Origin: Podarcis erhardii
Lineage: Eukaryota
Direction: 5' to 3' (one strand)
Length of the DNA: 64,000 nt
Assembly: GCA_964252035.1 (NCBI GenBank)
Contig: OZ176205.1
Shown: in pieces, positions 37,060 to 48,456 of the stretch
How positions within the stretch are numbered: position 1 is the first letter of the stretch
Layout of the letters: the number at the start of each line of letters is the position of its first letter
The notes under the pieces: generated by a model
Seen by the model: the letters and a program-made list of their open reading frames with translations, nothing else
What the model was told of the DNA's origin: nothing
Database searches by the model: none
Program-made: the position numbers and the translations under genes

Positions 37060-38502
37060 GTTTAGGTCTTCTACTTTTAAAGTTGTAAACAGCACCTCTT
37101 TTTTTCCACATCTAAAAATACCAAATAATATTTAGGTAGCAAACATTTAATTGCCTTAAACACATGTAATACTTTTTAATTTCGAGTTATTATTTGGCAA
37201 TTTTCTCAAAGGACTGCAGTGGTTAATGGAATTGACAAGAATCTCATTTCCTTGCCCTTTATAGGAGTAGGAATATTTTATGCATGAAAATTCACTCATG
37301 TAGCTCTGGGTTCAGCCCATTTTGTTGCATCTAGTGATGTTCATCCCATTGTGCAACAGATTTCTGTTCCTATAACAGGCTTCCCTTTTTTCACTCACCC
37401 TGTAGCTCTCTGCACCACCTCAAATATTTGTAGTGTCCCCCAACTCTCTGGAGCAGATTTTGGGACACAGGGAAGGAAAGGAAGGGGAAGTCCAGTTACA
37501 ATATTGACCATTTGAGTTTATATAAGTCGTAACTTTGGGGTACTGATATCAACAACTGAATATTCAGTTGACTTGTCTACCCAACCATCAGTAACTCCAG
37601 TAGTTTACAGCTAGGTGTAGAAGTATCTTGACTCAATTAAACTTCAATTCTTCCACACCAAAATGGCCATGAGGTTTTCATTCAAAAAATGTAAAGTAAT
37701 GGCCCTTTATCTCTTTTATAATGTTCATCAGAAAAGGCTTATGGCATACTATAGTTTGTCTGTGCGTTCCTGAACTATCAGTGCAGAACTAGAGATCAAA
37801 TTAACAATAATATACAGTAATCAAAAATCCACTTTCAACTTGAATAAGCTCCTGAAAGAAGTAGGGAAGAGTAAAAGCTAATTTTCAAAAATCATTTCAC
37901 AGTAGGATTCACACAGTACACTTTTGGGCATGGTAACTTCACCAGGAGGTTACGTTTAACCATGCCCTGTGGTGTATATGTGCTATGAATGTGCCTTAAT
38001 GCGCCTTGCCTTTGCAAAAATTAGTATTGCAAAAATTAGTATAGCCATTTCTAATTTCTTCCGTGTTCTGTTTCATACTAACATTGTTCATATTTGCAAA
38101 CATTTTGTAAAGGAGGCCCTGATAGGGCAACAACTAGTTCTTGCCACATGAATTTGCATTTTTGTAATACAAGTGTCACATAAAATCGATATGATCTGAT
38201 TGAATAATGATGTCGTCGTCACATGAAACCAGCTCTCAGTAACAAATAAGCTGGAATCTTGCTTTGATTTTTTTCTTTCTTTCACGTAATGTTGTATTCT
38301 AGTGCTGGAGCTAATCTGGTCATTGGGTTAGCTTAGCCTGCCTTGATGTGGTTTAGAAGTCTTTTATGTGGACAATGCACTCCTCAAAACTGCTGTTGGA
38401 GGTTGGAGCTATATGACTGCATCTTGTTACTTATGCAGTCTGGCTAGTACATTAAAAAAAATTACAGTTTAAAAATAAAAAAATACTTCTTGCATTTTCC
38501 AG

Positions 38503-38598
38503 GTAATGCAAGCACAGTTTGCTCAGGACAACAATCCAGATGCACAAACACTCCAAAAACTGGCAGAAAGAACAGGCTTGAGCAGGCGTGTGATACAG
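38503..38598 (+). CDS. LHX8: LHX8 coding exon 7 ([32 protein letters not shown]), homeodomain core (not in the ORF track)
   Basis: ttttccag acceptor at 38502, donor CAG|GTAACT; 96 nt, phase 0/0; translated by hand. Confidence 0.98.
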
Positions 38599-39139
38599 GT
38601 AACTGTACTGCAGTTACTTCACAAGTACTGTGAGCAGAGCTTCTCAGCAGCATAAAGCTCCAAAGAACAGTTTTTCTATTGATCAGTATTCCTTAGCTAG
38701 AGTAGACCTTGTGTGATGTCTTTTACAGTAGTCCTGAAACATTGATTTTGTTTTTTTGTTTTGTTGTTTCTTTAGGAAGAAAATGCACATCTAATGTCTT
38801 CCATCACATACTTTCACATTGCTGAAGGAACATAATTTAGGGTTGTCTTGCATGTGCCAGCAGCAATGTGAGTGATTAGTGACCCGTGGTGAACACTGAC
38901 ACCAGGAGCCCATGTTAGAAGCTCCCCCAACTTGTTGGTTGTACTAAAGTTTGATGTATCTTATTTTTAATTTGGGTCTACCTGGCCTCAGTAAAGAGCA
39001 CACACAGGGAAAAAGTTGCACTGGCATTTATATGGAAGAGGCCCTCAATGGTTTTAAATACTTTGTTTCTTTGATGTAGTTAAATGCCAGATAACGAATA
39101 CGATGTGCATCTTTTTGTGTCTTTCCATTTTGTGCTTAG

Positions 39140-39323
39140 GTGTGGTTTCAAAACTGCAGAGCACGCCACAAGAAACACGTTAGCCCCAATCACTCTTCGT
39201 CTACTCCTATTACAACAGTCCAGCCTTCCAGGCTTTCTCCACCAATGTTAGAAGAAATGGGCTACTCGGCCTATGTACCCCAGGATGCGACAATGCTAAA
39301 TGCTCTGCATAATTTCATGGATG
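39140..39323 (+). CDS. LHX8: LHX8 coding exon 8 (VWFQNCRARHKKHVSPNHSS...ALHNFMD)
   Basis: cttag acceptor at 39139, donor ATG|GTAGGT; 184 nt, phase 0/1; WFQNCRARHKK is the LHX6/LHX8 helix-3 signature. Confidence 0.98.
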
Positions 39324-40746
39324 GTAGGTACAGTAGCATGCGATAATTACTTCATAGACTTGAGAGAAGAAAATGTGAAATGCACCCTTTCGCTCAGGGT
39401 TGGGCACCATGCAACCCACAGGCAGCCAAAAAAAAGACACTCATTCTTGTGTCTGGTATTCTTGGGAAATTCTTGTACTGTTTTTCTGTGTTTGATTGGA
39501 ATATTTTGTATATTTTATCGTTTATATTGTTTGCCACCTTGTGAGACTTTTTCTAAAAGGCAGGATAGAAATTTGTTAGATGACAAATACATTCTAGCTT
39601 TTCAGGTTGTTGTCCCTAGTACTCTGCTGCAGAGAGAGGTTGATAAAAAATATTTTGCTCGGAAAGCAAGCAAAAACTCTCCATATATTCTCTGTGCTCA
39701 TGATAGCATATAGCCCATAAGTCGGGATGTCAAAGCTGTTGGTTTTGCTTCTGTGTGTGCAGACGTACACCATACCTTTTTTGTTTTGTTTGGCAAGTTC
39801 TGGTCCCTAGTTTGGGGAAATAAGTGATAGCCTTGCATAAGCTTAGGCCTTTTGTGTGTTACGGCTTTTTTTTTTTTTTTTTTTTACCATGCCTTTGAAA
39901 CTGACAATATCTCGGGCTCTTTATTGTAGCAGAGGATCTCTGAATAATGACCCACAGATCTTTCCTCCCCAAATTACATTTTCATGCTCACCTTTTTACA
40001 TTTAAAAATGTTCACAATTCTTTCTTTTTTAAAAATGCATGTTCTTATGGACTTCTGTACGGGAATGCTGTATTCAAAACTTTATGGGGGAAAAATACTC
40101 GTTATATAGCACTTAAAGTTCACCACAATTCTGTTATCCTGCATACACAAAAGGTTTATGTCAAGCTAGAAACTTTTCCTTAAATCGAAAGGAAGAAGGC
40201 CTAATTAGACAGAGTTTAAATAGCTTTCATCTTTCAAATAAGGCTTTATTGTAAAGGGCTTCATATTATAATAAAGCAAGCCTCATGACATCTTAAATGC
40301 TATGAAATCTTTAGCAAGCCATAAGCTTTAGGGAGCTGCAGATGCATCTGAAAAGTATTGTAGTTCACAATAGCTTGTGCCGTAATGAAATTTGTGGCTC
40401 TTTAAGATACCACACAATTTTGTTGTCGTTTTGCTGCAATGGGCCCATTTTATGCATAGTTTTGAACTGTATTCAGTGGGATTAGGCATTTTTGTAATAA
40501 GATACCTTCCTCACAAACTGCAAAGTTGTATGTATAAAAGAGTTCATCTGGTAACAGGCACTGCCCAGGGTATAAAGACATGGGGGGGGGCACTGTCATT
40601 CTAGAAATGAGCGCTAGTACCAGCTGGTGAAATGGGTGCTGCTTGCTGGTATCCCAGCCATATCAGTGCAGTTGGGTTTGTACTCACAAGTAATATTTTT
40701 TTATACTTCTAGTTAGGCTGACCAGCAAATCTTTCTATTTTTGTAG

Positions 40747-40823
40747 CTCATTCACCTTCTGCTCTTGGACTCCAGCCTTTGCTACCCCATTCAATGACAC
40801 AACTGCCGATAAGTCACAGTTAA
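40747..40823 (+). CDS. LHX8: LHX8 coding exon 9, terminal (AHSPSALGLQPLLPHSMTQLPISHS*)
   Basis: Branch-like CTGAC at 40718-40722, acceptor ttgtag at 40746, TAA at 40821-40823; matches the mammalian C-terminus LGLQPLLPHSMTQLPISH; total CDS 1158 nt = 385 aa. Confidence 0.95.
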
Positions 40824-41191
40824 CTCATTTATTTCAGGGACATGAGACTAAAGAGGTACCCCTGAGATACCCACTGTACTTGTATTCAGTTTAAACTTTA
40901 AATGACATCCAAAGCATTTTGAAGACGATTTTGTTGCCCAGGTATGTAAGTATAGTTGGCCTGCAAGACACTTTTATGGCTTTCTCCATAAATATGTTTA
41001 CAAGACTTATTAAAGAGAAACACCTTTTTTTGTATTGTCTGGAAGTAGTCCATTCTAGCTATGTGTTTGTTTAATTTATTTCTCATCAAAAGAGCACTTT
41101 GCTAAAAGACAGGACTGACAGTTGTGCAAAATGTTTACAATTCTTTGTGAAATTGTAGTTCATCATTAGTTTGTATCTGTAAGTTATTGCT

Positions 41192-41299
41192 ATTAAAGTA
41201 TTACTTGTATTTGAGTTACATGCAGCCTATACTTTGAAGATTATGTCCATGAGCTGGCAAAAGTTCAGTTGCCAGAATTCTCTAAATGACCTAAATAAA
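41192..41299 (+). terminator. Candidate proximal LHX8 polyadenylation signals (ATTAAA 41192-41197, AATAAA 41294-41299)
   Basis: Hexamers 370-470 nt after the stop in an AT-rich 3' UTR; cleavage site not determinable from sequence. Confidence 0.5.
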
Positions 41300-43410
41300 A
41301 CCTTCTGTTGTAGCATGACTAGCAAACATATTATTGCGTTAATGGTATAATCTTGAGTATTTTACAATGGACAGCCTGATTCTATTAGTTGAACTTGTAA
41401 GGAAAGACACAGTAAGTGCTCTAAGTACATAAATATTTAATGAACTGGCAGCCTTCTCTGAACTGGTAGATGTGACATCCGACATGAAGTTACTTAACTA
41501 TAAATGGTATTGAAATGTCAATGATACCCTTTATAACCTAGAGAACAGCTAACTGTGGCTACTTTAATATGTTTTGTTCATTTCACCCTGTTGGTTTGGA
41601 TTCTTACAAAATATATTTCATGCTACACAATTTCCACAATGTCTTGTGTACTATGTTAAAAAGGCCAGGGCAGTCTTTAAACAGCCCGAGTGCAAAAGCT
41701 TGAACTTTGTTACAGTTTCATGCATATAGGTACATGTACGTACATCCATGTCTTCTTACTGTGAAAGATTAGAGGCTTACATATTTAAATACAACCACCC
41801 TGATCTAGTCAAGGGGGAGATATATACACTTGTTTATGTGAACAATGTGACTGAAACTAGTAGCCTCCAATCACTCTTGTCTTGGTGCTGTGTATATTTG
41901 CTGTGGCAAATTGTACATTTTTGGTTTTCCAAAACCTAAAGATGACAGGTGGAAGTGTCAGTGCCTGTGGTACATTGAGCCATGTTTGCCAATAGACAAG
42001 CTAGATACTACCTAGGGCTTCATTCTTTTAGGACCCTTGGCATCACTGAAGAGGAAAAGCCTCGCTTAAGATGTCTCCTCCTAACCATGCATGAACCATC
42101 TAAAACCACTTGTGCTTCTTGCTTCACAATTATGAGGATATCAGTACATTGACAGCTAAGTCTTCCATAAATGAATCATGGAGGAATTCTCTCCCCCCCC
42201 CCCCAGCAATTCCTCCTGCCTAAGCACCATATATCTGCTTCAGAAGGTTGAGAACCCTCCATAGCAGATTTACATTTTCAGTGTAAATTTCTATGCATTG
42301 CAGTGTTCTATTACTGAACTGTATTTGGACATGGGTCTTTTCCACCATGATTACGAGCATTTGAAATCTGCAGATTTCAAAGTTTGAATTTTGGAGCACT
42401 TTTGAAACTGTTCTTACCTTTGTTTTAGTATGTGAAAGTGGGAGAGCACAGCCATATATGTGCTCGTGTCAGTTCTTCAATGACTAGAAGCTGCTGCTGG
42501 AAATTGCAGCAAGCCAAAGTGGCTTGCTTTCTTCCCTGCCTCTTGGTGAGGATTCAGCTTCTTGTGCTGGATCAGTGGTAGTGCTAAGGGAAGAATTGCT
42601 TCAGCTTCTACAGCAGGAGCTATACTCCATACTACTACAACCTCCTGGAGCACTTTCAAAGCAACCTTCACTGGTGGTAAGTTCTAATATTTAGGACACT
42701 CTTTGTGTGCAAATGTTTCAAAGCAAAGGTAGGCCTTGGCTCGAGCAGCTTGCAACATCTGAGCAGTTGGAGCCAACTTCAAGTCATGCAGTAGATGCTT
42801 CATTCCTCAGATCGTAACTGTATAATGGCACCCTACATAAAACAGCTGTGCTAAAATTACTTCCAAGGAGAGTAAGTTTCAGTATAAATTTTGTAAGTGT
42901 TGCAACTGTGAAGCTTGGACACACACTATTTTTGAGACTTCCTTTGTGTGTATTGGTTGTACTTGTTGAATTTTCACAAATGTTGAATGGCATCCAGTGG
43001 TTGTCTGAGCCAAGGGCACCTTGGGCAGACAACCTTCCTCTTTCTGTTCTCTCTCTGAATCTTATGCATCACCAAAAAGCTTATTCAGGATCCTCCCAGC
43101 CCTCTGGACAATGTGGGTTGTGTCATACAAGGCTGCAATGGAAGAAGAAAGTCACCTGAAATCTGGCAGAGCAATGGCTTGCCACTTCCCTCTGATGCAA
43201 CTAGTTGTTGGCCTAAAACCCATCCATGTAAGGTAGCCATCTTGGATTTGACTTCTTCCGGCTTAGTGGTTCTTTAAAACGAAACAAAACTGAGGACATC
43301 ATGGAGATTGTACTTCTAGGTACTTTGATTCTCCCAGTCCTCAAACACCTTTTTTTAAAAAATGAAAACATATGCAACAATTTTATAAAACGTCTGTACA
43401 ATTTTTAAGC

Positions 43411-43416
43411 AATAAA
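43411..43416 (+). terminator. Candidate distal LHX8 polyadenylation signal AATAAA
   Basis: Canonical hexamer in AT-rich context about 2.6 kb after the stop. Confidence 0.35.
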
Positions 43417-45789
43417 ACATGAAAAAAACTTTAAAAACAGTGCAAAGGGTAAATACTGTGATACGTAAATATCTGCATGTATTCTGAAATACATAAGTTT
43501 GATGTCTTTCAGCATGATTTCTTTTTTAAGTTTGAGCCCTGTCTAACTGATACTCATGATCCCATAATTGAGTGGAATAAGCAGCCTTTGCATGTAGTTG
43601 TCAGAGTACTATCTGACTTTTGAGAGTACAGCTTCAACAGGGCTCATGTGCAGGAACAAAAATGCTGGAAAATGCCTAAATTTATTCCTTAAAAAAAAGA
43701 GGAAATGATTAGTTGTTAGAAACATGCGTAACAGGTGTTTTTCAAACTATTAGATGCTATCACACTGCTTTAGCAAGTTTTGTAAGAAAGTATGTATGTA
43801 ATGGTACCCAGAAACCACCCATTCCTAGAAAATGATTTGCAGTTTTAGTCCAATAGATCTGGTTCTAATAATTACAGATGCTATAATGGCTTGTAAGCAA
43901 CCTTGCAAGCAAATATTGATTTAGAACCTGGTCTTAAGAGCACATTTCTCTCATTCCGTCCCATGTTTTAGAATTGTTCTGTTGTTGCTGCATACCATTA
44001 TTTTACCCTGCCTTTCTCTATAGTCGTGCGATGAAGTGTGCATGGGTAACCAACTGAGACTTCAGATTTCACGTAGAGAAGTTAGATTTGGTCTGACTTT
44101 CATCATATATTTCCATTCAGAGTTCATTATTCTGGTTCCTGGCCAACCAGCATCAACTAATCCCTCTTGCTGTTACATGTATGTCACACTTGGTCATAAT
44201 TTAGGCAAACTGAGTAGTCAGGGGAGAAAAAACACAACTTCCCATAGGGTAAATTAGCAATGCTCTCACGCTATGCACCTCCAGATTTGCAAAAGCCGCC
44301 AGAATGAAACAATGTGAGCGTGGGAAGTTGGGTTGAGGGAGCTTGTATACATGAACTTCTTGGCAGCTTAAATGACAGGCAGAGCCAAACTCCCTGGTAA
44401 AGATGTCTTGGGGGGCTTGAACCAGAGATTAGGAGGAGGGTGGTCCATAGGTTCATCACAACCCTTTTGGTGAAGGCTGACGTAAGGCCCTGAGAGCTGT
44501 TGCAGTAGGTTCTTTTACCCACCTCTCTTGCAATCTGTACTACTAATATCAAATTGAACACAGAGTTTGATCTAGCAAAGTTGTCACGTTAGCGCAAGGA
44601 CTTGTGCCCCACAATCTGTTCTGGGTTCTCCCCTCCCTTACTCTGTAGCAGATCATTAGGGGGATAAACAAGGAAAGGAGTTGGAAGAAGTCCTGTTCAG
44701 ATGGAAGTCCTTGTGCTAATGGGATGTCTTAGCTGGATACAACCATTTATCGGCCTGTAGGCCTAGCCCTTCCCAAATATCCCCTGCCTTGTATTTTTTT
44801 AAAAAATAAAATAATACACCAATAGTCATTCCATGCCTTACCAAAAAGCAAACATTCTTAAAAGTTGCAAAAGTACTTTAGAGCTTGTGGGGAAAGTATA
44901 GTTTGGCGCAAACCAAAAAGCATCCTTTTGCAGGCTTGCTTTCCTCCATGTGAAGCAGAGACATGCAAGAATCCTGCAAAGCTAGTGTTTCCAGCTAGCT
45001 TTAGAGCACAAGAAAGGTTTACAGAGTACAGTAGGTCTCAGTACCATCACACTGCCTTAGTCACTCTTTTGTTCCTGTCTTCACTTTTTGGTCATTTAAC
45101 TGTATGCAAAGCGAAGGCCAGAGGCATACTTTCAGAAAAGGAGGAAGTGCCAGGTCTAGTCTTGCTTTTGAGCAACCTGCCATAGGTGACACCATAGGAG
45201 GGTAGATGAAGGGGAAAGATGGTGTAGCAGAACAGTGGAGTGCTAAGCAGCAAAATGTCTTTGGTGGTAGGAGTGTATAGTCCTAGAAAACTCTTCAGAG
45301 ACTCATTCTGAGCTATATACATACATACTGACTTGAGTGGAACCCTACTGTGCAAGGGGTGGGGAACACCAGACGTAAGGGCCAAATGCAGAGCTCGCTC
45401 TGGCTGTCAGGACTCTCTCCAGCCATAGCTTCTATTAGTTCTGCTTCATATTTCTCTTCAGTGTTTTAACCTGGCTGGAATATGTCCTTGAACTTTGATA
45501 ATACCTCTTGTTGCCTGGATAGAGGGGCGTGGGGGAATTCGTGTAGAAACCAGCCTATGTACTGGTAAAATGAATATTCCTTGCTCTGCTCACCTTTGGC
45601 ACACGGCCCCTGGAAAGTTCCCCAGAAAGGAATGTGGCCCTCAGGAATGCTCAGAAATAAATGAGGCTCCTTTTTGTGGTTCCAGTGACTTAAACCTTGT
45701 CTGCACGCACTATAAAATGTTTAAGCATTATGCGAGTTGTTGGAATAAAATAATTACCATCATGTCCACATGGTGAACAGGAGACCCAA

Positions 45790-46070
45790 TACAATAAGAC
45801 TAATGCCAAGTTAAAACTACATAAAATCAGAATTAAATAGCCTGTTGGAATAAAGTCTTCAGTAAGAGTCAGGAGTTCAAGACTAAGAGAGTCTGTCTGA
45901 CATCAACTGGAAGGGAATTCCACAATATTGGGCCAAGAATGCTGAACACAATTCCTAGTGGATCTGAGCCATACAGGACCACCATCGGTGATCCCTTGAA
46001 GACTTCAGTGATCAGGTGGCCCCTTGAAGTATCCTGGACTCAAGTTGTTAAGGACCTTGTAAATTATATG
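45790..46070 (-). mobile_element. Old L2-like LINE relic
   Basis: ctgacatcaactggaagggaattccacaatattgggcc resembles the other L2 copies; highly diverged. Confidence 0.45.
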
Positions 46071-47831
46071 TTGGTGGAACTGTGGGGAATTTCTGCTTAT
46101 AAGTGGTCTGGCCCATAGTTTCAAGTAAACTACTTACAGATTTTAAAATATATTTAAAGCGGTCGATAACTGTATTAAATGAGTGGTTGCCCATGCTGTT
46201 GTTTGGATTTTTCTTAAAATCCATGGCCAATGGGTCTATGGCAGCTGCTTATTTCTCCTGTTCAGTGGCTCCCAGCTCAAGTGAAATTGTGTGTACTCCC
46301 AAGCATTCAGGTGAAAGCATTTTGGGAATTACAATGTTATTTTGCAATGTATGATGGTAATCTACTTTAAAGATTTTGTTTAATAAATAAAAATCTCAGT
46401 GAAACAAAAGTAATAATTGCATTGTTTGTTTACCTTTGTACTAAAGCATGTACTGTATGTTAGCTAGTTGGCATGCTATATTTTGGAGGGCAATTTAGTG
46501 CAGAGGAGTGTTACATAACAGTGGCCAAGTGTGTGAATAACTTTTATGCCCCACAATCATAACTAGAAGACATTTAGCACTCTACATTTGAGTATTAACT
46601 TGCTTTGTTCTTTAGCCTGCCAAATATCCCACACATGTCATTCATGTTGTTGATAATCATTGCAATAATTGATTGGTAAAGGGCAGGTAAGGAATTCTGC
46701 CTTTGAAAGAAGGCTGAAGTCGTGGGTTTTTGGGTGTGTATGTGCAATGATACTCTTGTTAGAGCTTAGTTTTGTGTTTGGATTCTGACAATCTGCTTTA
46801 CACTTGGAAGGGAGACAGGCAGATCTGTACAGCCAATTTGTTTTTCTACAACAAAATGATGCATATTTCCACTTGGTGAAAACTTGGTGGGTCATTCCAC
46901 AGGCTTGAGGTTTCCCCATTCCTGTGATAGAGGTTCAGCAGCCACCCTGAAAATCATTTTGCAGCAGATGGTTAGATTAGAGACCAAAATCTAGAACCAA
47001 CTGGCTTTCCTCCTCTCTCCTGCCTGCTTCGCTACCAAACCTCCCACCTAAGCTCATTAAATCCTTTCCCTTTCCAAAACAATACCCCACATAAAAACTG
47101 TTCAATCTCAAGGCAATCTGATTCCTCCCCAGCTTCTTTCCCTTGACCCTTCCCCGTGTTTCTCTAGCAGAGTTCCCCTCTGTTTAGTATATACATTACC
47201 ATATGTCAGCACTAACTATTCTGTACACTGTGGTTTAAACACACACACAAAACCACCCCTAAAGTCCTCCCACAGTGTCTCAACAGGAACCGCCATCACA
47301 ACCCCCACCCTGCCCCTTAACAATTCTGTCTTGCAACAGCTGCATTTGCAAACCACACCAACAATATTTCTCCCAATTGTCCCCGTGGGGGAAGAGATCC
47401 CTCCTGTTCCAGCCCCTCCTACAGATAAACTCTGTTACCAGATCAACTTTGAGCATGTTGCTTAAGGAGTGCATGTTAGCAAAGTTAAATATATATATTT
47501 CTGGTTTAAATTAAAGTGTTGCTCTGAAGGCACGAGCTCTTCTATCAAATCTGCACAGCCAACATTTGAAGCGTTTGTATTCAAGTCAGCAGGTCAGCCA
47601 AAAAAACCATTAACTTACAAAATATCATTGGAAACGTAATTCAAACTGCATGTGATGTACTTTTGCTAAAGGCAAAAGAAATAAGCAACTACACACACAC
47701 ACACACACACCATCCCTCCTGTTTTCAGTAGGTTCAAGTGAGAGATGTAGAAATGCAGCATTTGCTATGGAAATCTAAACAGTAAATGTACTGTGTTCAA
47801 AGAACAACTTGTAATATAGGGGAGGGGGAAA

Positions 47832-47988
47832 GGAAGCTGCCTTAGCCTGAGTCAGACCATAGCTCAGTATTGTCTACACGGACCGGCAGAGGCTTTCAGG
47901 CAGGGAATCTTTCCCAGCCATACCTAGAGATACCAGGGATTGAACCTGGGACATGCAAAGCAGATGTTCTACCACTGAGCTATGGCCC
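47832..47988 (-). mobile_element. tRNA-derived SINE (Squam2-like), copy a
   Basis: Reverse complement of 48295-48456; tRNA A/B-box-like head at the right end. Confidence 0.75.
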
Positions 47989-48294
47989 TTTCCCCAAAGC
48001 AACAGCCCTCATTTCACCTAACATATGTGATAAGCTTAAGTATCTAACTTGCTCTAAGAGATTCACCACACACTCTTAAGCAGAGAACGTAAGACGACTC
48101 CTGCTGCATAAAATCCAATATTCTGATTGCCACAATGGCCAAACTTGACTGTCTATTAATTTATATAATGCCAAAATGGTTTGTAAATACAGCATGGTCA
48201 CATCTTGCATGTGGGTTTGAATCCAAGGGTTCAGTGTATATGCAAAAACAGGACAGCCAACCCCAGAAATCATGGGCTAGGGCGAGTCGTGTGA

Positions 48295-48456
48295 AGGGCT
48301 TGTAGCTCAGCAGCCAAGCATTTGCTTTGCATGCAGAAGGTCCCAGATTTAATGCCCAGAGACTCCCACCTGAAACTCTGGAGAGCTCCTGCCAGTCAGT
48401 GGAAACCATACTGAGCTAGATGGACCAATGGCCTGGCTCAGTATAAGGCAGCTTCC
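48295..48456 (+). mobile_element. tRNA-derived SINE (Squam2-like), copy b
   Basis: tRNA-like head gtagctcag...gcagaaggtccc, 3' end ctgagctagatggaccaatgg...gtataaggcagcttcc. Confidence 0.75.

Noticed and set aside
40763-40795. Shifted frame of exon 9 reads LDSSLCYPIQ*, resembling a C-terminus I recall from a rodent Lhx8 record
   Set aside because: No splice site here gives access to that frame; it is a by-product of nucleotide conservation, and my recall is unverified.
40711-40894. Upstream AG at 40711-40712 that would give LHX8 an alternative C-terminus of about 60 aa
   Set aside because: This AG lies upstream of the branch-like CTGAC (40718-40722) that serves the canonical 40746 acceptor, so the layout is fully explained by normal splicing.
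48295-48365. tRNA gene-like sequence (also near 10620-10690 and 10435-10470)
   Set aside because: These are degenerate tRNA-derived SINE heads continuing into SINE bodies; no intact cloverleaf.
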